A stretch of DNA of 63,289 nt, filler included, from Octopus bimaculoides (GCF_001194135.2; 7 parts of 7 records of this genome joined end to end with filler, not necessarily neighbours in it), one strand, 5' to 3'. Counted from the first letter of the whole stretch, positions 42,805 to 54,041 are shown. The notes: generated by a model from the letters alone, not told the origin. Numbers and translations are program-made.

Positions 42805-43200
42805 TATGTGTGTTGGTTCCGGGTTCAGTCCCACTGCGTGGCACCTTGGGCAAGTATCTTCTACTATAGTCTTGGGCTGAACAAAGCCTTGTGAATGGAT
42901 TTGGTCAATGGAAACTGAAAGAAGCCAGTCGTATATATGCATGTATGTGTATGTGTTTGTTCCCCCAACATCACTTGACAACCGATGCTGGTGTGTCCAG
43001 GTCCCTGTAACTTAGCGATTCAGCAAAAGAGACCGACAGAATAAGTACTAGGCTTAGAAAGAATAAGNNNNNNNNNNCGATAGAATAAGTACTAGGCTTA
43101 GAAAGAATAAGTCCTGAGGTCGATTTGCTTGACTAAAGGTGGTGCTCCAGCATGGCCACAGTCAAATGACTGAAACAAGTAAAAAAGTAAAAGAGCAAAG
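42805..43200 (+). mobile_element. SINE family A with CpG decay
   Basis: Homologous to 713-1345. About 30 nt are duplicated across the 10-N gap at 43068. Confidence 0.85.
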
Positions 43201-43354
43201 AGTATATATATATTATCATCATCATAATCCTTTAATGTCTGTCTTCCACACTGCTATGGGTTGGACAGTTTGACAGAAGCTAGGGAAGCCAGAGGACTGC
43301 TCCAATCTCCAGTGTCTGTATGGTCCTTCCTAACGCTATGGGCTGATCACTTAA

Positions 43355-43515
43355 GGTGGATGGAACTTGTGAAAGAGGGAGACCCAGGAAGACATGGGAT
43401 GAAGTACTGAAGGCTGATCTCAAGACATTGAGCCTTACAAAGGAGATGACAAAGGACCGAGATATCTGGTGCCTAGCTGTACTCAAGAAGACTCGTCTGC
43501 CACAGAGGAAGTGAT
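43355..43515 (+). mobile_element. RTE-like LINE 3' fragment
   Basis: GTCERGRPRKTWDEVLKADLKTLSLTKEMTKDRDIW. A related copy lies on the minus strand at about 44715-44850. Confidence 0.7.
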
Positions 43516-43924
43516 ACTGGTGCTGGTGCCACATAAAAAGCACCCAGCACACTTGGTGGAGTGGTTGGCATTAGGAAGGGCATCCAGCCACAGAAACCAT
43601 GCCAGAACAGACAAAAGAGCCTGGTGCAGCCCCTAGCCTTTCCAGCTCTGGTCAAACTGTCCAACTTATACCAGAATGGAAAATGTCTGTTAAATGATGA
43701 TGATGATATATGTGTGTGGAAAGTGGGGTGTCTGCCCTCCCACCTTTGCTGCTTGACCAGATTAGCAGTTTTGGCAAAATAAACTGATAGAATAAGTACC
43801 AGACTTTCAAAAAGAAAAAAACAAGTGCTGAGTTGCCCCAGCATGGCTGCAGTTCAATGACTGAAACAAGTCAAAGAGGAATACAATTTACTGGTCTTAC
43901 ATTGTAAAATGTTATGGTACTTAC

Positions 43925-44110
43925 AAAGAGGACACCCTGTGGTGCAAGCATGAAGAGTTTTGAAAGCATCTGTGTCGTTTCATGGAAGGCCGTATAAATG
44001 TCTGTGTCCAAGAAGCAGAAAGGGGAACTGACAATTAGGTTGAAGCTCACGGCTGCTTCCATCTCGTTAATAAGTTTTAATGAGTAGACCTTGTGATTTA
44101 TTTCAGGTTC
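43925..44110 (-). CDS. DLEC1: DLEC1-like internal exon 4 (EPEINHKVYSLKLINEMEAAVSFNLIVSSPFCFLD...KLFMLAPQGVLF), ASH/PapD-like segment
   Basis: Long pyrimidine tract plus TACAG acceptor and TTT|GTAAGT donor; 186 nt, phase 0-0. Resembles DLEC1 HHLKLTNTTEIPHYFRLMVSRPF...KQLVLQAQENML. Confidence 0.8.
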
Positions 44111-44352
44111 CTGTAAATGTGAAAAGAAATGAAATGAGAAGAACACCTTTCTATATTTATGTAGAAAAGAATGAGGTTTTTCATCCTGGAGTATCTAAAC
44201 GAACCAGATCTGGCCCTGACCTTCTGCGCATACCCTACAATGTCATTCGAGAAAGAAACAATGAACAATATCAGCATTGAATTCGTGAAGTTACAATACA
44301 ATGCATGGTTAATTCAAAATATCATCATCACCATCTCCATCATCATCATCAT

Positions 44353-44387
<35 letters not shown>

Positions 44388-45623
44388 CCATCATCTCCAT
44401 CATCATCATCATCTCCATTATCATCATCATCATCATCATCATCAACATCATCCTTTAATGTTTGCTTTCCATGCTGGCATGGGTTGGACAGTTTGACCAG
44501 AGCTAACAAGCTGGAGAACGGCACCAGGCTGCAGCCTGATTTCACTTGGTTTCTATGGCCAGAGGCCCTTCCTAACACCAACCACTTTACAGTGTGAGCT
44601 CGGTGCTTTTAACGGGACACTGGCCTGAGTGCTTTTTACAAAGGACCAGCACAAGTCTCTTACTGACCAATCCTCTCACCCAGAGGGATGGCCTGAACAC
44701 TTTTGATGTGGAGGACAGGTCTTCTTGAGTACAAGTTATCAGACATCTTGGTCTTTTTTCCATCTCGTCTGAAAGGCTCAGTGTCCTGAGGTTGTCCTTC
44801 ACTACCTTGTCCTGGGTCTCCCTCTTCCATGAGTTCTATCCACTTTGAGAGATTTGGCCTTTCTGATGCATGATGAATATATATTATATTTGACGGAGTA
44901 AAGGGCTAAGTGAGGTACTCAGTCATATTTGTATAGAAAAGATGGGATGATTCATTGGGTACACAGTCACACTTGTTCGGAAAATACGAGACCCCGAAAG
45001 GGGTCTCAGGGAGTAGCATCCATGCCTCTTCCTGAACTAGTTTTCCAGCACATTTCTTAAAAGTTGTGGTAGAGGCTTTGGTCTTGGGACCACTCATGTC
45101 TAGAAACTGAGGTTGGTGGTGGTGGCGGTGGCGGTGGTGGTGGCAGTGGTGGTTTTGGTGGTAGTGGTGGTGGTAATGATGATGAGACAATGATTCGTTG
45201 ATAGTAGAAAAAACATGGGATGTTTATCACACTGATATCCACATTTTTGTATTGTTTCCTCTACCCTTCATCAAATTAACTATTTTCTGCCTAAAGCCAC
45301 CCGAGACTACATCTGGTTCTATGATATAAGACATACCTGTTTCCAAAGCACTTGATATTTAAATTAAAATCTTTTCCAACATATTTTTTAAATTTAATTG
45401 AATTAACTGAAAAACGCATGGTCATGAAAAACATGAAAGATAAGAGTAACTTTATGAACATCAAACATTTCAGGGGGAGAATCTATGTGGTTGATCAATT
45501 TGCAAGAAACAGCAGTCAAAATTAAATTAATTTACAAAAGAGATAACTTTGAGTCTATATTAATTTAAAATGTAGAAATTAAAGCAGGGTGGAGTAAGAA
45601 AGAACAGATTGCTTTTAGGTTAC

Positions 45624-45696
45624 CTGATCAAGGGAAAAAATTTCTCCAAGAGTTGCCTGTATGAATTGTTCATCAGTAGAAACTTCCACAGTTAGC
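45624..45696 (-). CDS. DLEC1: DLEC1-like internal exon 3 (LTVEVSTDEQFIQATLGEIFSLDQ)
   Basis: TCCAG acceptor and CAG|GTAACC donor; 73 nt, phase 2-0, which fits both neighbouring exons. Resembles DLEC1 LSVELDYGGSMEFQCQASDLIPEQ. Confidence 0.8.
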
Positions 45697-45722
45697 CTGG
45701 ACATGATAATAATAATAATAAC

Positions 45723-45753
<31 letters not shown>

Positions 45754-45759
45754 ACATAA

Positions 45760-46110
<351 letters not shown>

Positions 46111-46111
46111 A

Positions 46112-46680
46112 AGTGCTACATTGGAAACTGTGCGAAGGGTGGGGGCTGGAAAGAGGTAAGACGTAATATGAGCACAAACCACAGAGAGTGGTAGAGGAAG
46201 AGATTAGCAAAATCCTCTGGGATTTCCCAATCCAAATGGATCAGGTGCTGGAGTATAACAGACTGGACCTAGTGGTGGTGGACAAGGTGCACCACCTATA
46301 CTATATAGTTGATGTTGCATGCCCCTTTGACCCATAAATAGTCAAGAAGGAAGGTGAAAAGATAGATAAATACAACCCTCTTAAGTACAAAATAGCCTGA
46401 CTATGGAAAATGAAGAAGGTGAAGATGGTGCCAATTATTGTTGGGTCCGTGGGAATAGTACAAGAAGGCATCAAGGGGAATAGAAAGGAAATTGGAATAG
46501 AGTGTCCAGTAGAACTGTTACAAAAGGTTTTGTCTTCTTGGCATGGCCAGAATAATCAGGAAAGTATTAGAGAGCTGAAAAGAACGAATAGCATGGTACT
46601 GGAGACTTTAAGTAGCAAGTCCGCTATGCAAGCAAGACTCCAGGAGCTCCAACAAAACCTGTGATAAAGAGAAAAATAAT
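46112..46680 (+). mobile_element. R4/Dong-like REL-domain fragment
   Basis: LHWKLC...KILWDFPIQ...DLVVVDK...VDVACPFD...KIDKY...KMVPIIVGSVG...ELLQK; starts at the (AAT)n tail of the preceding fragment. Confidence 0.8.
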
Positions 46681-46683
46681 AAT

Positions 46684-46900
46684 AACCCTTTCTACTAAAG
46701 GCACAAGGCCTGAAATTTTGGGGGAGGCGACTAGTTGATGTAATCAACTCCAGTGTTCAACTGGTACTTATTTTATCGATCCCCCAAAGGGATGAAAGGT
46801 AAAGTCAACCACAGTGGAATTTGAACTTAGAATGTAGTGATGGGCAAAATACCGCTAAGCATTTCATTTGGCATGCTAATGATTCTGCTAGCTCACCACC

Positions 46901-46939
<39 letters not shown>

Positions 46940-48089
46940 TCTACTAAAGGCACAAGGCCTGAAATTTTGGGGGGAGGAGACTAGTTGATTACATTGATCC
47001 AGTGTGTAACTGGTACTTAATTTATCGACCCTGAAAGGATGAAAGGTAAAGAGGACCTCAGAACTGAGAACGTAACGACAGGTGAAATACCACTAAGCAT
47101 TTCATCCAATATGGTAACAATTCTACCAGCTTGCCACCTTAATTATAATAATAATAATAATGATAATAATATATTGGGTTTTGTATATTTGTACCCCAGT
47201 GTCACTTTGATGGCATGTGTGCTCTCTCACTAAATAATAATAATAATAATAATATTTTATAAAGACTGAGGTAACTCTTCACGAAGATAAGAAGAGCGTA
47301 ATGCAATTTATGAAAAAGATTTGAACGATATTTTGAAAGATCGTCTGTCTTCTTCGGGTTCAAAATGCAAAATGGAAACAACCACAGAGACACAGAAATT
47401 CAAAATTTGAGGAAATCCTGCATTACTTCTTCAATAGAATCACATCATTAGTTTTCAATTTTGTAAATGGTAAAAGGAAAAGGAAAGACAAAAAAGGAAA
47501 AGGAAAAAAGAAAGAAAAAATGATAATGATAATAATAATGATTTCTTTTATTGGCCACACGGGCCAAAGGGCCCAAGACATGCAAAACAATATCAAAGGA
47601 TGAGATACAACACAGAAAAACAGGTGAGGTTTACATTGATCAAAGGGAAACAATACAATATTCTTTTCTACTCTAAGCACAAGGCCTGAAATTTTGGGTG
47701 AGGAGTCCAGTCGATTCGATTGACCCCAGTATGCAACTGGTACTTAATTTATCAACCCCAAAAGGATGAAAGCAAAGTCGACCTCGGCTGAATTTGAACT
47801 CAGAACATAAAGTCACATGAAATACCGCTAAGCATTTCGCCAGCTTGCTAATGTTTCTTATTTCTTTATTGCCTACAAGGGGCTAAACACAGAGGGGACA
47901 AAGAAGGACAGACAAAGGGATTAAGCTGATTACATCGACCCCAGTGCATAACTGGTACTTAATTTACCGACACCGAAAGGATGAAAGGCAAAGTCGACCA
48001 CGGCGGAATATGAACTCAGAACGTAACAGCAGATGAAATACCGCTAAGCATTTCTCCCAGCATGCTAACGATTCTGCCAGATCGCCGCC

Positions 48090-48121
<32 letters not shown>

Positions 48122-48351
48122 CCATTCNNNNNNNNNNCAAGGGGCTAAACACAGAGGGGACAAAGAAGGACAGACAAAGGGATTAAGCTGATTACATCGA
48201 CCCCAGTGCATAACTGGTACTTAATTTACCGACACCGAAAGGATGAAAGGCAAAGTCGACCACGGCGGAATATGAACTCAGAACGTAACAGCAGATGAAA
48301 TACCGCTAAGCATTTCTCCCAGCATGCTAACGATTCTGCCAGATCGCCGCC

Positions 48352-48383
<32 letters not shown>

Positions 48384-48833
48384 CCATTCTACTAAAGGCA
48401 GAAGGCCTGATATTTTGGGGAGGGGACTAGTCAATTACATCGACCCCAATGTTTCACTGGTACTTAATTTATCGACCCCAAAGGGATAAAAGGCAAAGTT
48501 GACCTTGGCAGATTTTTAATCCAAAATGTGAAGATAGATGAAATACCGCTAAGCATTTCACCCAGCATGCTAACGATTCTGTCAGCTCACCACCTTAATA
48601 ATAATAATAATAATCCTTTCTGCTATAGGCACAAGGCCTGGAATTTTGGGGGAGAGGGGCAAGTTGATTACATCAGCCCCAGTGCTCAAATGGTACTTAT
48701 TTCATCAACCCCTGAAAGGATGAAAGGCATAGCTGACCTCAGCAGAATTTGAACTCAGAACATAAAAGATGGTCAAAATACCAAGCAGCATTTTGTCTGG
48801 TGTACTAATAATTCTGCCAGCTCGTTACCTTGG
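46684..48833 (-). mobile_element. Cluster of 7 co-oriented SINE family B copies, mostly separated by (AAT)n (one copy is an assembly duplicate)
   Basis: Copies start at about 46684, 46937, 47663, 47856, 48138, 48383 and 48614. Confidence 0.85.
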
Positions 48834-48899
48834 TTAATTAAAATAATAATCCTTTCTGATTGTCCAAAGTTCTGTCACATACACATACCTTCTATGTTT

Positions 48900-49220
48900 T
48901 ACTTGTTCCAGTCATTAGACTGTGGTCATACTGGGGCATTGCCTAGAAAAAATTTTAGTCAAACGAATCAATCCCTCCACTTATTATTCCTTAAGCCTGA
49001 TATTTATTAGTCTTTTACAGGGACATAAACATACCAACAGTGGTTGTCAAGCAGTAGTTGGGGACAAACAAACACACACACACACGAGGGGTTTCTTTAG
49101 TTTCGTTTTACCAAATTAACACGTAAGGCTTTGGTCAGCTTAGGACTATAGTAGAAGACACTTGCCCAAGTTGCCACACAGTGGGACTGAACCTGGGTCC
49201 ATGTGACTGGGAGGAAAACT
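48900..49220 (-). mobile_element. SINE family A, degenerate
   Basis: GACTGAACCTGG, ACACTTGCCCAAG, GGTTGTCAAG and CAGTCATTAGACTG segments in reverse orientation. Confidence 0.7.
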
Positions 49221-49242
49221 TCTGACTATGAAAATGCATGTT

Positions 49243-50000
49243 GGAAAAATTACTATTTTTAAAATCTCACAACGAGAGATATTCAGCAACAGTACTTTGT
49301 AGAAAAGATTGTTTGCCAACATAACATGGCAATCCTGGTTTAGGACTAATGTTGCTGTAATTTAACCCCAGGAAACATTGTCTCCAGCTGGCTATACGAC
49401 ATGATTTGTGTCCTTATATTTTCGAACAAATATCTAGCACCCCCACTCAGCTCAAAACAATATCTGTGTATCGCTATTTCCGGGTTATTTCCCTTCATCA
49501 GCACAGAATAATTGTTCGGCGAGAGGTAAAATCTTTATTAGGATCATTGAGATCAAAACATATATTGAAACAATGCAGGACAAACAATATACAAAAATGT
49601 TATGAGAGTTCAAATGAGACATCTTTTAAAAATTAAATATGATATGATTTAACAGAAATATTTTGGCTTACTTTTGCCTTTACATGAGAACATTTTTTTT
49701 AAAACCAGAAATCGGTTAGAGGTGGTGCTGCCAAATTCCTGTTCGAAATATATAGTTTTCAAAGTGACAACTAGTCACTGATTTATAAATTAGAAAAATT
49801 ACTATTTTAAAAATCTCACAACGAGAGATATTCAGCAACAGTACTTTGTAGGAAAGATTGTTTTCCAATATAACACGGCACTCCTGGTTTAGGACTAATG
49901 TTGCTGTAATTCAGCCCCAGGGGCTAAATTACAGCAACATTAATCCTTAACCAGGACTGCCATGTTATGTTGGCAAACAATCTTTACTACAATGCATGTT
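49243..50000 (-). mobile_element. Penelope/retrozyme-like non-coding repeat: about 130-bp direct repeats (period about 549 bp), an inverted terminal copy, and a hammerhead-like motif
   Basis: Direct repeats at 49243-49372 and 49792-49921; inverted arm at 49920-49985; motif at 49463-49507. Confidence 0.5.
49463..49507 (-). ncRNA. Candidate minimal type I hammerhead ribozyme
   Basis: 5'-TCTGTG CTGATGA AGGG AAATAA CCC G GAAA TAGCGA TA CACAGA-3': 6-bp stem I, core boxes, GGG/CCC stem II, near-palindromic stem III and an AUA cleavage triplet. The A.G pair at the base of stem II is non-canonical. Confidence 0.5.
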
Positions 50001-50176
50001 GGGGTTCACATGTAGAATATAACAAAGGAGATGGTAACAGGAAAAAAGGCAGACAGGGAATTTATCACAACAGAAAAACGGCTTTTGATCACTAGTCAAC
50101 AGAGTCAGGACAGACAGCAGATCAAACAACAATGATGACGACAATGACGATGACGACAAAAACAACAAGAACCTAC

Positions 50177-50268
50177 CTGGCAACCAAAACATCAGCTGTC
50201 AAATGAATCTTCAAAGGTTTTTTATCCCAACCTTCAGGTCTTATAATTCCTTTCTGAGAATCTATTTT
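50177..50268 (-). CDS. DLEC1: DLEC1-like internal exon 2 (KIDSQKGIIRPEGWDKKPLKIHLTADVLVAR)
   Basis: TTACAG acceptor and AG|GTAGGT donor; 92 nt, phase 0-2, open only in this frame. Resembles DLEC1 GKRHRLQDFAVGPLKLDLHSYVRPAQ. Confidence 0.8.
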
Positions 50269-51260
50269 CTGTAATTACAGGTAAACAGAGTTAGATCCAC
50301 AACACTTTTCTAATGATTGTGACATTGGTAAAACCATGAACACCACAACATCACATTTTACTGCAGAATTTTGGTTTAAACACCCCATATAACACCTCAT
50401 AACTTTTTTATTTTGGGGAAGTTCCAGAAATTTTGGGCAAATTTGTGTTTTGCATGTGGGAATTCATACAATTATACAACAACAACAAAATTGTGTGTGA
50501 TTTAAGGGTGATTTAACTGTTATTTTTAGCACATCTCATGGCCATCTGATACTTCCTTGTTTATTTGTCAATCTATATATAATATAATAATAATGAAATT
50601 ATTGTATACAGTGCTCAGGTGCACTACAACTTGTCAAAAGTGTGTATAAAGCATATGCAGTATTGTACAAATGTCTGGAAAGTGAACAGTGTATGAGTCA
50701 GACACATGCTTGCGTGTGTACGGAGGGGAGAAAATCAGGTGTAGTGTTGGCGAATCTCAGGAAGCATGGAAGTTTTGAAGGATGCAGGGCTCCGACAACT
50801 AACAACTGATGCCAACTTTAGAACATCTTTTCAGCATTTTTGATGAATTAATATTCATTAATTGTAGTATTTGTAGCTGTAATAGTAAATGATGTTGTCG
50901 CTGCTGCTGTTGTTCTTTCAATTGCTGTTGTTGCTGTTGTTGCAACTCAAGCATACCGGCCAACAATTTTTCCATAATTTTACGATTTTGTATACTGTAA
51001 AATTCACATAAAAAATTTTTGTGAGTTTCATAACACCTTGTGAGTTTATTAATTGCTCATCACCACTGTTGTAATGCCCACTCTGGTATAGCAGTATAAT
51101 TAGTAAAAACAAGTAAGCCCACAACTATCTATGACCATCTACTTCATACTCTCTACTCTTATTGACACTGACTGACAGTATTTGTAATGACTATGATATA
51201 CCACTTGTTACATGAGAGGGGTGTACCATTATTACTATTATCCCCATAACACACACCGAT

Positions 51261-51449
51261 CTCTCTCACCTGTACAATACACTTATCATATACCTGTCTC
51301 TCTCACCTGCACAATACAACTCTTACACACCTGTCTCTCTCTCTCTCACCTGCACAATACAGTTATCATACACCTGTCTCTCTTATCTGTAGAATGCAAC
51401 TATTATACACCAGCCTCACCTGTATTACACAAATATCTCTCACCTGCAG
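51261..51449 (-). repeat. Degenerate 35-45 bp tandem repeat, units carrying CAG|GTGAG(A/G)
   Basis: CTCACCTG occurs five times on the + strand (about 51265, 51302, 51345, 51415, 51439); the last is the real DLEC1 donor. Confidence 0.75.
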
Positions 51450-51572
51450 TTCATGGTCCAGACTGAAGAAACCACAAGCATAAGACAAGTAGCTGTATGG
51501 TTGGGTGGAAGTTTCATAAGCAGGGATGCTGTACATCACCACCAGAGATGCATCACTATTACCTTTGATAAT
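51444..51572 (-). CDS. DLEC1: DLEC1/CFAP81-like internal exon 1 of 4 seen (IIKGNSDASLVVMYSIPAYETSTQPYSYLSYACGFFSLDHELQ)
   Basis: Pyrimidine tract plus CAG acceptor and CAG|GTGAGA donor; 129 nt, phase 0-0. The peptide aligns to recalled human DLEC1 VVVPAGGSSTIYISF...CTGYALGFMSLD. Confidence 0.8.
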
Positions 51573-51779
51573 CTGATGAAAGAAGTCAGGAAACGGCAAA
51601 AGATTAAGAAGTTGTAACAGAGATTGGATGAGGATTAGAGATGGAAAGTTAGTCAAAAGCATCATCATTCATCACTGCCAACACCAACACCACCATTATC
51701 ATCATCATTGTCACCACCACCATCACAACCACCACCACCACCACCATCACACCACCGTCATCACCGTCACGCTCAGCAT

Positions 51780-52540
51780 CATCATCATGTTGATGGAATA
51801 AACATCGGAGATGCTTTGCCCCCGGCAGAAACTGCAGGAGTTACTCAGATTTATTGCAATCTCTTTTTCTGGACCCATTGTAATGTCAGAAACTCTTCCG
51901 GACCATCAGTAGGACCATCTCAGGGTCACAAAGTATTTTGCCCCTTAGCTTGTCCACTTCACTGGGACAATGAGGGCTGAATTAGTCTAAACCTGCAGAA
52001 GGCTACCACCTACGGTCTCTGGTCAACCTTAGCCACGTTGGTCTGGTTCCAGCTGCTAAGCCTGTCTCATTGATAGATTTCTTCAAGTGTCTCGGTTCCA
52101 GACCCGTCTTCTGCGGGGAATACCACACCAATCTCGCTAGAAAACTGCAGCAGCTGGCTTCAAAAGGGAATGAGGCAATGTGCCATTCTTTGACAAGTGC
52201 CTCGTCGACCAAGTCGTCTTCATAGTATCCTGGGGCAGCTATGCTTGAATTTGTCTTCACCTGTAAAATGGTTCCACCTGTGGTTTTTAGTCAGCCTTAG
52301 CCATGCTGAGCTGGTTCCAGATGCTAAGCCTGTCTCCTTGGCGTCTTTCTTCCGTTTCCTCGGTTCCAGACCAATCTTCTCCAAGAAGTACCACATCAAT
52401 CAAGCTGGGAAACAATAGCAGCTGACTTCAAAAGGGAATGAGGCAATGTTCCAGCCCTTGATAAGTGCCTTATCAACCAAGAAGGCTTCATAGCGTCACG
52501 GAGCAGCTATGCCTAAATTAGTCTTTGTCTGTGGAAATGG
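51780..52540 (-). mobile_element. HERO/NeSL-like REL retrotransposon 3' remnant, C-terminal segment present twice in tandem
   Basis: YEDDLVDEALVKEWHIASFPFEASCCSF...LKKSINETGLAAGTRPTWLRL resembles the recalled KYEDLVEEC..KGW...FP.EVGCRGF...WLW end. Units at about 51990-52265 and 52272-52535 are diverged copies. Confidence 0.55.
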
Positions 52541-52968
52541 CTCCTCTTGTAGAATTCATTTGCAAGTCAAAAGATGAGTGATTATGAAGTCAATCGATCT
52601 GTTAGAAAAAGCAGCTAAATCCTTTTCAAACTTCACCTGACATACATTGAATGTTGTAGTCTTAGAAAGACTAAGATGATGGTCGTTGCTGGAATGTGTT
52701 TTGATCATCAACTGGCTTGGCCAGGGCTGACCTGGGGCTAAACAGCAAAAAAAAAAAAAAAATTCAGTGTCATCATCATAAACTCTGCCATGACAACCAC
52801 CACGACAATCACCACCACCACCACCACAACCACAACTACTACCTCCAACACAACCACCATCACAACCACCACAACCAGCACCACCGCTGCCACCACCATC
52901 ACAACAACCACAGCCAAAATCATCNNNNNNNNNNNNNNNNNNNNNNNNNNNNNNNNNNNNNNNNNNNN

Positions 52969-52980
52969 TTAATTAATTAA
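52969..52980. other. Artificial six-frame-stop scaffold linker TTAATTAATTAA inside a 100-bp N block
   Basis: The same 12-mer, centred in 44 N + 12 + 44 N, also occurs at 31944, 36879, 41735, 58590 and 62205. Confidence 0.9.
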
Positions 52981-53024
52981 NNNNNNNNNNNNNNNNNNNN
53001 NNNNNNNNNNNNNNNNNNNNNNNN

Positions 53025-53414
53025 CCAAAATATTGTCGTCGCTTTGGGACTGCGACCTGTTCATTGATGCAGCATGGAATTTTGTCAGTGAACAGGTCGT
53101 GGTCTCAAAGCGACGAAAATATTTTGACAAATTAAATTTAAATGTTGAAGCACAGAATTTTGTCAGTGAACAGGTCGCAGTCTCAAAGCGACGAAAATAT
53201 TTTGGCAAATTAAATTTAACACACAAAAACCGTTAGATTCACTTCGACATTTAAATTTAATTTGCCAAAATATTGTCGTCGCTTTGGGACTGCGACCTGT
53301 TCATTGATGCAGCATGGAATTTTGTCAGTGAACAGGTTGTGGTCTCAAAGCGACGAAAATATTTTGGCAAATTAAATTTAAATGTTGAAGTGAATCTAAT
53401 GGTTTTTTGTGTGT
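53025..53414. repeat. Palindromic foldback units; the complete unit at 53219-53414 has about 90-bp arms
   Basis: ACACAAAAACCGTTAGATTCACTTCGACATTTAAATTTAATTTGCCAAAATATT... pairs with ...AATATTTTGGCAAATTAAATTTAAATGTTGAAGTGAATCTAATGGTTTTTTGTGT. Partial copies at 53025-53220. Confidence 0.85.
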
Positions 53415-53783
53415 TTCCTAAATGACTTATAAACACCTTCCACGCTGCAAATGTGAATGAATAAGCATTATATTCGACAGAATAATCTGAATGCTTAAGG
53501 GTTAGACCGGCCATACCTGGCCAAAATATATTCTACTTGTTTCCTGTTCAAGCCTGCCTGAGCCAGCCTCTCACACCAACTTACAATCCTACAATGTCAT
53601 TCTAAAAGCAAATAATCACATGTTTAAAGTCTTGAGGCTACGAGACAATGCATGATTAATTCAAAGCAGTGTAAATAAATATTACATTTGACAGACAGAG
53701 GAATCTGAATGCTAAAAAGTTAAGAACTTCACTTAACAACCACGTGGTTTCAGGTTCATTCCCACTGCATGACTACTTTGGGA

Positions 53784-54041
53784 ATGAAGTAGTTGTATGC
53801 TGTCAACTTAATATGACAGTCCCCTGAAGGGACTGTTGGTTAGACCTAGGATGACGAGCAAAGACTCAGAGACATGTCTCTGGATGCAGGCTTAGCTGGG
53901 TGGAGGTGCTTGTCTCCCCTTTGTAAACATAAGGACACAGGAAATGTGTCAAGGCCGACTGGAAGCGGTGCAATGATGAACAGTAGTATTATTCCCTTCA
54001 GGGGACTGTCACATTAAGTTGACAGCATACAACTACTTCAT
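53784..54041. mobile_element. MITE with about 49-bp terminal inverted repeats
   Basis: 53784-53832 and 53993-54041 are reverse complements with 1 mismatch. Confidence 0.75.

Noticed and set aside
47877-48388. Exact about 250-bp tandem duplication
   Set aside because: Identical copies straddle a 10-N gap, typical of unmerged contig overlap. The same applies at 43038-43107.
49340-49533. Minus-strand open frame (FYLSPNNYSVLMKG...) in phase with DLEC1 exon 2
   Set aside because: It lies inside the repeat element; the 45696-45624 exon fits both phase and homology.
53025-53390. Repeat-spacer-like pattern as a CRISPR array
   Set aside because: Eukaryotic context; the units are long palindromes without unique spacers, and there are no cas genes.
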